From NCBI RefSeq assembly GCF_004010195.1, contig NC_057720.1, forward strand, positions 28,399,772 to 28,463,771: a DNA stretch of 64,000 nucleotides. Reading direction: 5' to 3'. The translations under genes were made by a program, and so were the position numbers. Source of the DNA: Chiloscyllium plagiosum. Taxonomy: Eukaryota. Below the pieces are notes generated by a model that was not told where the DNA came from, ran no database searches, and saw only the letters and a list, made by a program, of their open reading frames with translations. Shown here one piece after another: positions 38,946 to 52,950 of the stretch (position 1 is the first letter of the stretch; the number at the start of each line of letters is the position of its first letter).

Positions 38946-41900
38946 ATGTGTGATCTCTTATTTGCAGGAAGCACAGGTTGACTGTTTCACACTTGCAAAG
39001 AGTTTTGACTTATTAATGAAAAGTCACAGCCTACAGCAACTAGTGTCAGAAAAATGAACAGACTATTTTCAGGCTTGAGCTGGTTTCTACTCCAGGGCAA
39101 AAATACCTCCTTCCCTTCCAGAGAACTGATAGCTTCTCTCAAACTTCCTACCTCAAGCTGTTTAACTATCTGGGAGCCAATAACTTAGTTGATGGTGGAC
39201 AGGAGGCCTTTGTCATTAGTAAGTGGTCATCATTTCGCTGACCAGTCAGCTACTTGTTTCTGGCTAAATCGCCGTTCATACACAACCTTCACTCTAGCTT
39301 ACCTGTAATGAGGCTTTTTCAAGGTGCTGAAAACAAACAGTTAAATGGCACTTACGATAATTGTCAGATAACTTACTTCTCCAAAATCCTTGAACAATCC
39401 TTGGCTTTTAAACTAGTTCTTTTCCTATTTCAGAGTACAATCAGAAAATTTAAGAATTGTGTATGTACATTATCGATTGTATATGTCCTTATAACCTTCT
39501 ATCCTGTTTTTAAATATTGATTTATTCACCACCTTTAAAAGAAGTTACTCAAAATGACATTAACTGTTATGAAGAGATTCTATTCCAAGCATTTATACAT
39601 GGAGAAGTCAAAATTTGTTGGTTTCAATTATAACTTGCATCAGTTACAGATGTTGTTGTACCAAAATCATTTTATTCTTCTTCTACATCATCAATAGTCA
39701 CCCATCTATTGTAACCTTTTTTCTTGTCCTACCTTCCAATGTCTTACACTTCCCCATTAAATTTACATCATTCTTCAACCCAACAATTTTTTCTTTTCAA
39801 ATCCTTTCAAATATAATTTTTGATGTGACCATTTAACTATATCAGCCAGTACATCATATAAACATATATTGGATCTGTGGCTACCATCATAGCCGTAACC
39901 ATCAAAATTACCCAGTTCTCCGCATAGTTGCAGAGCAAGCTCTGTGATGAGGATTTTTATTATTACTGTAGTGAATGAATAGGAACTCCATAACTGACAG
40001 CATGAAATTATATTCTTTGAGTTATGCTGAGAAACGAAGTAAACTATGCATTTTACTTATGCATTTTATTAGATAGTCACTATATATACTACTTGGTGTT
40101 TTACTTGTTTGTGGTAGTAGAATATCTTCTCTCCACATATTAACGATTTTCATATTACTTGACTGTGAATAACATATCCAAGATTTTGTTTTCGAGTGAA
40201 GTAGAAAGAATACTGTTGTGATGAAAGAGTTAACCCAGAATGAGTTGCAGTCAACCTTTCAGGATAAATAAATGTCCCAATTTTGAGATTATCCAGTGCA
40301 TCTTAAAATAACAGTATGAAATCTCATCAGCTGATGAGGATCTGACTAATCCACAAAATTGGAATTTTTCCAGACTGCCCAGGAATTTTCTGTTTATAGT
40401 AAAGCATTAATTTAATGCTCACACATGCACAGCAGATTGCCATGCAGGAGCAGCTGGAATGAGTCCAAGTTACCTGGTTATTTAATGAAGGCTGTTACCT
40501 AATATTCCCAAGTTGCATCAAACCTTTACTCTCCAACACGTGTTCTAGTTGTTTTTTTAATTTGATGGCACAAAAGCCACCTGCCAGCTAACATCAATTA
40601 TTAATGCATTTCTAATTGTTTTTTCGTGAGTTGGCAAGATGTTCCCTATGGTGGAAGGGATTTGATTTCCCTGTCATTAATATTGATATGGCATGATAAC
40701 TGTTCAATCCCATGGGATCATACATGGACATGGTCCATTGTAAAGGTCGAGTAATGCCTTAGATCTCAATTCACTCTGTGGATTTATTGTTTTAAAAGCA
40801 GAGACTAATGTGCACATTTTTGTCACTAGAAAAGTAGCTTTGGATATATTTTTAATAGAAAAATTATTAAGCTATTATGGAAGTTCTTTATTATCCACTC
40901 ATCTTGCCCTGTAGGAGCACATTGTTTACCCCTGTCCTTTAAAATCATGTCATCTATACGTCCCTCCAATAAGAAGACCTTGCTTTTATGTTCTGCATCA
41001 CTCGGTGGTGCAGATAGTACTCCAGTTTTATTCAATTAGTTTAAATGTATTATTTTGTTTTCAGATCAATTTCTATCTTAGTTTTTATAAAGATAGTGAT
41101 AATGAATTAATATGCTAATATTTCAAGTATTGTAACTGCATATAAGGTACAGTCATTCTATGATTGTGTGTGGAGGGAGCAGTTGAACCTGCAATATGTT
41201 GATGCTGCCATTGTTTAGAAAGTGAAGGTGCATTGCCATGCAGCACAGGGATGAGCTGTGATATACGACAAATATAACCTGGAAACGTGTGTCTAGATAC
41301 TGCATATAACATGCAGGTATACTGTAATAAATAATGCAAGAGGAGCTTTGATACACAAATGATCCACAATTTGTTTCATCTAAATGAACTTGATGCTTTT
41401 CTGTGCCACATTCTAATTTCTCCTCAATTAGCACTGATGCATGCAAATTTAGGCTCCAAGACCACATGAATACTTAGAATTAGGAAGCTTAGGAATCACC
41501 AACTTGGGATAATACCTCTTAATATGAGTTACAGTAAATTCGTGCAAAATGATTTGACATGTTGGATTTTTCTCTTAAAAGCAGATTAATTGCTAAAGTG
41601 GGTAAATAGTATTGTATTTTAATGAGTTTTAATGAAAAAGCTAAGTTGTGGCAACTGAATGGAGAAATGAAGATTTGCATTCACAAGATGTTTTATCATA
41701 CCTCAGACAGTTTTAAATGCAACAGAGATGATTGTTTATTTGAAGTGCTGTGCTTTGTAGGAAAATGAGGCAGCCATGTTAGAGATGTCCATGACTGGGT
41801 GACACAAAATGGCTGATAATTGCTCTGTTTAACTCTGCAGAACATGGATGACGGTAGTTAGAGTGGGTGGAAACAAAATTCCCACAAATAGTAGTGAAAT

Positions 41901-42229
41901 GAAAGACTGATTAATCTATTTTAATGTTTTAGTTGACACTTCCACAAAGCTGAGAAGAAACCTCAGCTTTTATTTGCACAGTTGCTTAAGTGTCTGCAGC
42001 TCAAGAAACTTCAGCTCAAGAGTTGATTATGGAATCCAAGCTTTAGACACTGTAGCACATCCTGGAGGGAGAGAGTTATCTTGGCAATGTGTTCCACAAT
42101 CGCACCTGTGGTTAAATATTTCAAATTTGGCCACTGGTCAGGGGCAGGAGGGTGTGACAATAATTGAGACAGGTAGAGTGATTCTGAACCATGCATTGGA
42201 GAAGCCTCAGCTCTTGATAGCATCCTTTT

Positions 42230-44468
42230 TTGAGCAGCATCGAATCCCAAATGACATGTTGTATCGTGGTGCCAAGGTGAAAGGTACCTTGCATAGGCTT
42301 GAAAGGATACTGGAAAAGAAAGGAGAGGATCCAATTATTGCGGTCCAAGTTGGCAGCAACAACATATGGAAGAGATCCTATTTGGGGAATAACAGGAATT
42401 TAGGAACAAAATTTTAAAAAAGAACCTTACCAATTATAATCATTAGATTATTACCTGAGCCACGTGCAAATTGGCAAACAGATAAGTAGATTATTGAAGG
42501 AAATATGTGCCCAAAGGAGTGATGTGGGAAAGAGGAGTTCCATTTTGTGGGGCACCGGCATCAGTATTGGGACACGAGGAACAGTACTGTTGGGATGGGT
42601 TCCACATGAACTGATCTAGGATCAAGATCCTAATGGAAATGCTAAATAGGTGGTCACAAAGACTTTAAGCTGGTTAAAGGCAGGGAGGTCTCAAGAAAGC
42701 ACAAGCAGTACGACAGAGAATAGGAAAGGGGTCAAGAATTTAACAAGGCAAGGCAGATTAGGGGACATGAGAAGGGAGCAGTCAGTGCAGGACTGAAGGT
42801 GTTGTATTTAAATGCGCACAGTATATGAAACAAGGTAAATGAGCTAGTAGCACTGATTTAAATTGGCAGCTATGATAGTGTGGACATCACAGAGATGTGG
42901 CTGCAAGAGGGTCAGGAGAAAGTGAGAACCGCAGATGCTGGAGATGTGGTGCTGGAAAAGCAGACCAGGTCAGGCAGCATCCAAGGAGCAGGAGAATCGA
43001 TGTTTCAGACATAAGCCCTTCATCAGGAATCTGTAGAGAGAGGAGGTGAACTTCTTCAAGGTAGGCATCCTTAGAAGAGGCTTCGCATTCGGGTTGAAGT
43101 CAACTGGGAGAAAGTGAGGTCTGAAGATGCTGGAGGTCAGAGTTGAGAGTATGGTGCTGGAAAAACACAGCAGGTCAGGCAGGATCCAAGGAGCAAGAGA
43201 ATCGACGTTTCGGGCATAAGCCCTTTATCAGGAGCCCTGTTAGTAAGAAATAAAATTAAATCAATAGCAAAAGCGATATGGTGTCAGAAGGTGTAGAATT
43301 TGTGTAAGTAGAGTTGAACAAAAGAACAAAGGCCCTGATGGGATTATGTAGAGGCCTCAGAGCAGTAGTCAGGATGTGGAACAAAATAAATCAAGAGATA
43401 GAAAAGACATGTAAGAAATGCATTATTAAATAATTATGGGGGTATTCAATATGCAGGTTAGATGGGGAAGATCAGGTTGATATCAGATCCCAAGAAAAGG
43501 AATTTGTGGAATGTTTACCAGACTGGTTTTTGGAGCAGTTTGTGATAGTGCCACGAGGGAGCAAGCAGTTCTGGATTTGCTAATGTGTAATGAAACTGAC
43601 TTGATTAGGGAGCTTAAGGTGAAGGAGCAATGACCACAATATGATAGATTTCACCCTGCTGTTTGAGAGGGAGAAGCTGTAATCAGGTATAATGGTATTA
43701 AAATTGAGTAAAAGTAACAGCAAAGATAAGTGGGAGAAGCTGCCAGATTTGAAGGGAAGCCTAGTAGGAAGATGATGGAGTAACAATGGCAGGAATTTGA
43801 GTTAATTCAGTAGGCACAGCAGAAATTATCCCAAGGAAGAAGAAACATACAAAGGGGAGACAAGGCAACCAAGGCAGACAAGGGAAGTCAGGAATAAAAT
43901 AAAAGAAAAACAAAAATGTGGTGAAATTAAGTGGAAAGGTGGATGATTGGTAAGCCTTTAAAAACCAGCAAAGGGCAACTAAATAAACAGTAATGGGGGA
44001 GAAAATGAAATGTTAGGGTAGGCCAGCTAGAAATACAAAACAAGGTTGCAAGAGTTTTTCTGGATATATAAAAAGTAAGTGAGAGGGAAAAGTGGACATT
44101 GGACCACTGGAAAATGAGGCTGGAGAATTAGTAATGAGGAATGAAGAAATGATCGAGGAGCTGAATAGGTACTTTACATCAGTCTATAAGACACCAGTAG
44201 CATACTAGAACTTCGAGAGTTAGGGGACAGAGGTGAATGTAGTGGCTATCACTAAGGAGAATGTGCTGGTGAAGATGAAAGGTCTGAAGGTGGATAAATT
44301 AGCTGTGCTAGATAGACTACACTCCAGGGTTCTGAAGGAGATAGCTGAGGTTATGGGGGAAGGAAGGAGAATAGAATCGAGAGACATATCAGCCATGATT
44401 GAATTTCAGAACAGACTTGATGGACTGAATGGCCTAATTCTCTCCCTATATCTTATGGTCTATGGACT
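42230..44468 (+). mobile_element. Degenerate CR1 LINE: ORF1 esterase, ORF2 endonuclease region, then 3' tail (RT core missing)
   Basis: YRGAKVK...EDPIIAVQVGSNNI (SGNH-like ORF1), LKVLYLNAHSI (APE start), GLKVDK...LHSRVLKEIAE joined directly to the tail. Confidence 0.85.
42914..43233 (-). mobile_element. Tandem pair of PLE family A terminal repeats with degenerate HHRs, inserted in CR1
   Basis: Two direct copies of ggagaaagtgag...tttc(a/g)g(a/g)cataagccctt(c/t)atcagg separated by about 75 bp. Confidence 0.85.
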
Positions 44469-45499
44469 TGAGACAAATATCTGTAGTATCAATTTTATAG
44501 TCTCAGTTTAATGTGTTATCTATATAGCATAGTATCTTTGCCAATGCATTGTAGATACTGTGGGCTATAGATTACATTCTGCTGGTTTTACTGTTTATCA
44601 CATTGTCTCGTACCATTTACGCATAATTCCATACTTGTCTTATTGTTTCTATAATACTAGAACTAGAGATTAGTAGACATACAGACTGATTCCCAGGTCT
44701 CCATGCCTCAAAGCATAGAAAATTCAACGTTGTATATATTTAAAACGAAATGTAGTCAGTAGTATAGTTAATCATTAATTTGAATAGGGAAATGTCTGGA
44801 TTTCTTTAAATTTACAATATTATGTTTAGATTTTTAAAATTTACATCAGATCTGAAATATGTTATGGATAAGCAGTTATGTAAGATCTGCAATAGTTGAA
44901 GAGTTAAATATAAAAGGCCTAAGCAGAAAGAGTACAAACACTTGAAAGGATTTAGGAGGTTCATAGTATTTTTCTTTGAACAGCTTACATTACTTATAAT
45001 CTTAAATCAAAGACAGTAACATAAAAACTAAACAGATTTGTATGAGGTACCTTTATAACTCAATAGAACAAACAGGTGCTTAGAGAATGCTAAATTGTCA
45101 TTCTTTTTATTTTCAGTTTCAGCTTTGAAACTCTTTGAAGTCCCTTGTTCAGAGAGTATGTTACAGTTACTGTGACCATCACTCTGAGACTCCCTGAAGG
45201 TCAGAAACGACAAGGTTGTAACTGTACCCTCAGAGTTGTGGTACACCCTATACTACTCTCGTTAATCACTCTGACCAAGTCACAAAAATACATTTTCAGC
45301 TATGAAACTATGAACACTTTGCACAAGTAGATTGTAGTATTTTGAAGACCAAATTATTCAAGAAAACCAAGACACATTCGTCATTTTTCAAATTATGAAA
45401 TAAATATTCCTTTAGAGTTTCTTCAGACTACTAATTCCAAGTCCTTTCTCTAATGTTTTAAAATTGTCCGATGTGTTTAGAAGCAGCAATGTTGTGTCT

Positions 45500-46060
45500 G
45501 GTATGATTCAGTTGATAGCACTGTTCCCTCTGAAGCAAGATGTCACAGGCTTAACTCAAACCCCAGGACACTAGTGCAGAAGTTTAAGTTCACGCTTCAA
45601 TTCTATACTGAGGAAATTTTAGCGTTATCAGAGTTGCTGTCTTTTGGATGAGATGTTAAACCAAGACCTTGTATTCCCTGTATTCCAGAGAAAAGTTATA
45701 TTGGACTCAAAACATTGACCATGTTTCTATTCTCTACAGATTCAGCCAGACCTGCTGAGTTTCTCCAGCACATTTTATTCTTACTTCCAATATTCCTCGT
45801 ACTTTGCCTTAATTTCCCTGTTTGCCATGTCAAATGGATGTGAAAGATACCATTACACTCATTGCATACATTACAAGATCACATTCAAAGGAGAGAAGTT
45901 AACCCAATCATTTCAGCCAAATTTCATTCTTTAATTTATCCTTAAAACTAGTAAGTAATTATCACATATGGCGCTGTGTGCAAGTTGGTTGCTGATTTTC
46001 AACAACAGTCACAACACTTAAAAAGTACTTAATTATCAGTGAAGAGCTGCTGTAGATGCA
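45500..46060 (+). mobile_element. Old DeuSINE-like (SacSINE1-like) SINE with a PLE remnant inside (about 45688-45810)
   Basis: Deu-domain-like gctgtcttttggatgagatgttaaacc. Inner gccagacctgctgagtttctccagca. Confidence 0.6.
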
Positions 46061-47773
46061 CGTTTATTACTTTACCAGAGTAAACACTGCTGCATCAGGT
46101 CAAGATACAATAAGTACTCACTGAAAAGTGTGATGTGTTCCTGAAAATCACAACTTTAAATAAAATATTAGTTCCTGTTATGACTGTAGTTAACCTGTCT
46201 AGGATCTTTTTAGGAAAGAAACAAACATTGAAACATCATTAAACTCCTACATTGGTAAATGAAGTGGCTTTTAAATTAAATAAGTTTAAAAATATCAAAG
46301 ATAAAATGCAGCCTGTTACTTACAGGTCCCAATTATTAATGCAGTGACAGTCCTGTTTCATCAATCTCTCTGCTCCTCGACCCTCTGATTTGCAGCCTCT
46401 TCCCCACTCCCCAACCTCCAGTTATGGCCTCTTTCCCAATTATGAACTCTAGATTGTAGCATCCTATCCTCTTCCCAACCTCTTACTCTTCCTCCTCAAC
46501 TAGCATTGTCATTCAAGATCTAGATTCACTTCCAAACTGGAACTCTGATGTCCCAATGTGAGTCCCAATGGTTCGGAAGGGCTGGGGCTTCTACAATCTT
46601 ATGTTTTATTTAAATATTGCCACCCATTGCTTATTTTGGAAGTAATTTAAGAAACTAATTGCCACCGTACAGTGTCTCGTGGCACTACACCAGAAACATT
46701 TGTGTTGCAGGGTCACTTTGTCTTGAATATAAGGCTGAGCAAATGTTCATTCTGACAGGGAAATAGCAAGGCAGCTTTGTCTGTTGCCCAGTGTATGCTG
46801 GTTAAAGATTTAGTAATGCAAGAAATGAACATGGTGGCTCCATTTCATTAATTGAAGAATTCAGTGGTTAATTTTATAGAATGCGATTCGCTACCTGATT
46901 TTTGGTCCACTTGCTAATATATGAGATTGGTGATTCAGAAAGGAAAATGTAATTAGTTGGCGGCTGTGGAACATGGTTGGTCAGATATTAATTGGAAAGC
47001 TAAAAAAAAAATAGAAATCAGAAAAGCAGATACAATGGAAACTTTGCCAGTCAGAAACAAAACTAAGAGTCAAAAAATGATATCATAAAGAAAGATTAGA
47101 GGTATAAATACAAAGGCTTGACAAATACTGCAAGTACATTCCATAAATATATATTTTAAAAAGCTGTAAGGGGTCAATTACATTTTAGAAAAAAGTGTTT
47201 CTGAAGAAATATAATCTTTTTAATTTTGAAAGACAAAGTACTTGTTACTCGCAAAGTAAGTCAAGTTGCTGCTGTCATCATGTGTCAGGTTTGATGTCAG
47301 TCTACTGAATATTTTCCCTCAAGCAGCGAGTTAACAATGATCCCTCTGTTTGCTCAAGAACCACAAGAAATTGCAAGAACTCCAGTATAATTTTGGAGAT
47401 CGCCACTTAACCTTTCAATTTTTTTGAAGGCAGCTTTACGGATGAGTTTAACAATATCACATTCAGAAATGTAGTTAGAAATACTACCAATAAAAATATT
47501 TCAAAAAAACACATACAGGAGCATCATTTTTATTAGTAAAGGAATACTTTAGAAAACTTCCAGCCAAGCCTCTGTTAACTAAAATATAAACAAATATTCA
47601 AAGTGAACTTAAAAATAGATTGTTTAGATTTTTGGAGGGACTGGGTGGGAAAGGTGAGCAGGAGGAGGCTCATGTTAGTGGGTTAGATGAGGACATGGTG
47701 GGACCTAATAACCAGCAACTCTCCATCCAGAAGATCTTTCTCTGTCTTCGCTTGTAGGGTAAAGAAGACTAAA

Positions 47774-47951
47774 AGGAGAAAGTGAGGTCTGCAGATGCTG
47801 GAGATCAAAGTTGAAACTTTATTGCTGGAACAGCACAGCAGGTCAGGCAGCATCCAGGGAACAGGAGAAGGGCCTGTGCCCGAAACGTCGAATCTCCTGT
47901 TCCCTGGATGCTGCCTGACCTGCTGTGCTGTTCCAGCAATAAAGTTTCAAC
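47774..47951. mobile_element. Palindromic PLE mini-element (family A) with 14-bp TSD
   Basis: TSD taaagaagactaaa at 47760-47773 and 47952-47965. Arms match the element at 3584-3944. Confidence 0.92.
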
Positions 47952-48454
47952 TAAAGAAGACTAAATGGAATGAGATGCAAATGGATGGGATGTCTGTTAG
48001 TTCTGGTGCATGTGTGCAAAGGGTGGTGAGATGTTTCAAGAAAGTGAGTAGACAGTGCAGAGGCCATGCAGAGCAAGTGGTGTGGAAGGCTGGAGGATTG
48101 AAAGCGAGGGAGGGAAGATGTTTCAGGTAATAGTGAGAATGGTAGAGCTTGAGCCTTGGTGGATGTGGGTGCGATAGAAGAGATAGTGTGAGGAAGCAGA
48201 GGATGGGACTTAGCCCTGGTCCAGAGGATAATAGATGGACCATAAGAAATAGGAACAGGAGTAGATTCCTCAAGGCTACACTGCCATTCAATAGCATTAT
48301 GGCTGATTGTGCATTGGGACCATGGAGACAACGCTAACCAGGTAATGACCTCAGACTAGACTGAGTGAGTCTCATGGTATGGCCACATTCACCAGTCCTC
48401 CAGGAAGTGGACTTCTCTCCTTGGCACTGCCTCTTCCACAAGGATCTCCAGGTT

Positions 48455-48722
48455 CCTGTTGAGTCTCACGATGAAGGGACGAACCTTTAAAATTGAGATG
48501 AGGAGGAATTTCTTCAGCGAGAGGGTGGTGAATCTGTGGAACTCGTCGTCACAGAGGGCTGTGGAGGCCAAGTTATTGAGTGTATTTAAGATAGAGACAG
48601 ATAGGTTCTTGATTAGTAAGGGGAACAAGGGTTGCAGGGAGAAGGCAGGAAAATGGAGTTGAGGCTTATCAGATCAGTCATGATCTCGTTGACTAGCGGA
48701 GCAGACCTAATGGTGTGAATTA
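48455..48722 (+). mobile_element. CR1 3' fragment
   Basis: KGRTFKIEMRRNFFSERVVNLWNS. Confidence 0.85.
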
Positions 48723-51700
48723 GTATTGTAGTGTATTGTATTCATTGTAACACAGAAAGACCACTGAATTGTTGGATGTGCTATCTCATAACAGCATGCT
48801 ACATCAAGGGTTTATTGCTTTCTTGAATGTTTGTAAAAATATTTATGGTACTATTTGAAGATGTGCAGAGGAAGTCTCCCTAGTCTTCTGCCCAGCATCA
48901 ATTTGTTTTTAAAAAAGGCAAGAAAGATCATAAAAAAAAGTTGTCTCAAAGCAAATTCTTTCTTCCTGCTGTTTTCTTTCTTGTTGCATTCTTTTTCCAT
49001 AATAATGTTTTTTAGACTTATTTCAATTTGGAGCACCTGATTGAAATGTTAAGTTTAGAATTCCATCTTCCAACAATTTTATAACGCTATCAGGTTTACT
49101 TTAATTATCTATTTCTTTAATTATTGTAAGTTTTGAAACATTTCAAAAGTATAAGCGAACTGAACCATGGACCAAAGTAATCTGAGTTTTGGCTTTTGCA
49201 ATGGTGTCATATGTATGACTAGTGCTATGAATGAAATCTCACATCTCTGTGACATCTGTGGCTCAAGAAATACGCATTAAGGAGGAAATTTGATGAGAAT
49301 TAAAAATCATGCAGGACCTACATTCTGATACACTAAAAGTCATTGGATGGAACTGAGATGCAAATCTTTGATAACATTAAAGGCACATCTGTTAGTTTAA
49401 ACCTGTTTGATGTATGTTGTTTTACAAAGAAGCTACACCCCCCACTTGATTTGTTTTCCTAATCTTGATGGAATATTCCAAAACTTTAGTCCACAAAAAT
49501 ACTGAAATTCACATTGAGTGAGTGAGGAAATTTCTTTTCCTTTCAGGCCTAAATGAACAACCCCTTATCCTGAGACTGTGTTATCTTGAGACTTTGTCTC
49601 TGTATTCCAGATTCTTCAGTGGAGAAGAAGCCCTCTCACTGTCTACACTAATGAGCTCCTTTGGAACCCTGTATGTTTTGATGAAATCACCCATGGTCTT
49701 CTAAATTGCAGAGAATGTAAACATACCTTCTCTGCCTGTCACCCCCAGGGCCATTAACATTTGCAGCATCACCTCCAATATAAGTACTTCCTCCTTTAAA
49801 TGTGAAGACCAAAAATTGCTCTCAGTACTCTCAGTGCGATCTCACCAAAATCTCATAGAATTGTGGCAAGACTACATTTATTCTTTATTCCAATCCCCTT
49901 GGAAGGGGATTGCTTGGTTCATCTTCCCCTACCCAGCCCCAGGCCTTTGGTATATTCTAAAGATCTTGCAGGACAGTCTTGCAAGAGTGTAGAAAACCAA
50001 TACAGCCTCTACTTAATTGCTGACCCCAGTAATTTGCAGTGGATTCAATTGGTTAATTAATGAAGCGGATGAACATCTGCCTAGGAGCAACGATTTTTAA
50101 ATATCATTTACTGTATCAAATCCAATCACACATCATAAAATCTAAAAATTGTATGGAGCAATGGCCAAGAAACCTAATTCTTACATTGAGAATTTCTAAT
50201 CCATATCAGTGAATCTCCAAGGAAACAGCAGCATTTTCCACAAATGTTGCCTGATCCCCAGAACTGATCAAGTAGATCCCATAATATTTACAAATCTGTA
50301 AAGTCCTACAATGAGATTCTAATTAACTGCAGTCTATGAATGACAATATCTTCCAGGGCCATCCCTTTCAACAGCACTGGACTCTTTAAGTTTTGCTGAG
50401 TATTTGATACCTAGAGTAATGATTCTAAAATCACTTGGTCCAGCAGTTATGCTGATAATTTGTCCCTAAGTGAATCTGTTGCTGATCCCATGGAAAATGC
50501 AGGATCGATAACTGAAAGTTGAAACCTAGGTAAAGGACCGGTGTTATGTCAATGATCGGATACTTGCCCCTTATTGGGTTTAAACCCATATCTTAGAGAC
50601 GGAGGTACATTACTATAGTATTAATAATAAGTTTCTTATTTATTGCTTACAATCTGCTAAGAGTCAATTTATCTAGAATAAGATCAAAAGGATTTTTAAA
50701 ATATGTCCATGTTCAAGGTTGAGACGAATGAGTGATTTACACTTTTGCATTCAAGGTACAAATCACACCTGTTCATATGTTTCATATCGCATTTGCAGCT
50801 ACCTATCATGTTCCAACATTGGCCCTGGCACAGGCCATAGATTATTGACCTGTGTTACCGTGTAATTACTGTGTCAAGTGAGTCATTGAATGCTAGTCAA
50901 CAGTGGTATTTCTGCATTCCACTGATTAAATACAGCAGATTAGTTTTCCATTATTTTAGCAACCTCTAGAATAGGTTCTAACTTCAAGGAGATGATGGAA
51001 GGTGCGACAGAGACAGAGTGAAAATCGTAACTGTAATATCTGTTGTTCCCTGGTGTCAATATGTTGACAAATCTAATCTAACCAGCAGGAATCTGTGGCC
51101 TGCAAGTTATAAGTTTTACTTTACATATATTCTAGTTGATGATGACAGCAGTGTTGATAGAGCAAAAGGATATGTAATTGTAAACGTGATGGCAGGCTAC
51201 TAAAATCAAATTTGTCCTTCACTCTGAATATGTTTTGTTCAAAAGCAGGGAGTTCATTCAGTTGTATGGTATCATAGAAGTTTTCGAATAGTATGGAGTA
51301 GTTTATCCTTGAATCTTTTCTTCATATTAAGTTGAGACGTGTTTATCTTTTACAAAGTGCTTCTTCTTCCTTCTCAATGCCTAACAGCTGCATATTTTAG
51401 GTTGGACCTCATTGAATATTTAATTAAGGACACAACACGAATCTTTTTGATCTATGGCATAATGTATCAGAACTCTCAACATGTGACACTTCTTTGCTCT
51501 TTTTTTTAAACAGTGTTAGGCATTGATATTCACTAAGGGAGTTACAGGAATGCAGAATTCTTAAATAGTTGTTAAGACTTGAGGAAGCTACAAGATAAGT
51601 GATGACCAGTAACTACTCTAAGTTAGTGAGTACAGGGATGATGAATAAGTAGAGTTCAAAATTGGCAGTAAAGTAGTGGATGAGTTTAAATTTGCTTAAT

Positions 51701-52124
51701 TTTAAGTTAGGTGGAGCATGGGGAACAGACATTTTCAGATGGTAGGGTTACCTGCCCCACACCCAAGGAGTTGTCACGGAATGCAGGTCTACTGATTCAA
51801 GGAACTTTAATTGGCTGGAAGCATCATTGCTGTTCTCATTTCGGAAGAATTGCAATCTCAAAGAGCTGCTCTTTATTTGATTGGCTGACAGGATTCCAAG
51901 TACAGCAGTTCAGGACCAGATAATTGTAATACAGCAGGGAGAGGAGATGGTGATGGAGAGGCCAGAGGGAGGTGAGCATTCACAAGTGGTAACAAGGCTG
52001 CACAGGCAGTGGGATCTGTAACTGATGTAGAAAGGGAGGTCCTGAGAGAGATCTCTTTTCTGTCCAAATGCTGAACACAGTGACCTACTGGACCTTTTTC
52101 CGTCTTCTTGCAAGCCTCAACGAG

Positions 52125-52950
52125 GCAAGGACAGGTGGGTTGCAGAGTCCACTAGGGAACAGGCAATTCTCGATTTGCTGATGTTTACTGAGGCAGTCTT
52201 GATTAAAGAACTGAAAGTGAAGGAACCCTTTGGAGTCAGTGACCATAGTGTGATAGAATTCATTTTGCAGTTTGAGTGGAGGAAGCTGAAATTAGTTTGA
52301 ATATTACAATTGAGTAAAGGTAACTGCAAAGAAATGTGGGAGGAGTTGGCCTGAGTTGATTCGAAGGGGAGCCTTGCAAGGAAGACAGTGGAGCAGCAAT
52401 GGTAGGGGTTTCTGGGGTAATTCAGGAGACACAGTAGAAATTCATCCTGAGGAAGGAGAAACATACTCAAGGGAGGACTAGGCAAATATGGCTGACAAGA
52501 GAAGTCAGGGACAGCATAAAAGGAAAAGCTCAAATTGTGGTGAGGATTGGTGGGAAGCCAGAGGATTGGGAAGCCTCTGGAAACCAGCAGAGAGTAATCA
52601 AAAAAAGCAAAAAAGGCGGGAGAAGGTGCAATATGAGAGTCAGCTAGCTAGTAATATATATGAAGATTGCAAAAGTATTTTTTAGATTTTAAAAGGTAAG
52701 AAAGAGAGAGACAGGAGTGGAAATTGGAACATTGGAAAATGAGGCAAGAGAAATAGTAATGGAGCCAAAGAAATGGCAGAGGAGCTAGATAGGTACTTTG
52801 CATCAGTTTTCACAGTGAAAGACGCCATAGAACGTCAGGAGAATTAGGGGTCAGAGGTGAGTGTAATGGCCATTACTAAGGAGAAAGTGCTGGGTAGCTG
52901 GAATGTCTGAAGGTGAATGGCCTAGTTCTGCTCTTACATCTTATGGTCTA
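52125..52950 (+). mobile_element. CR1 ORF2 fragment joined directly to the 3' tail
   Basis: Homologous to 43540-44290. Ends gaatggcctagttctgctcttacatcttatggtct. Confidence 0.8.
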
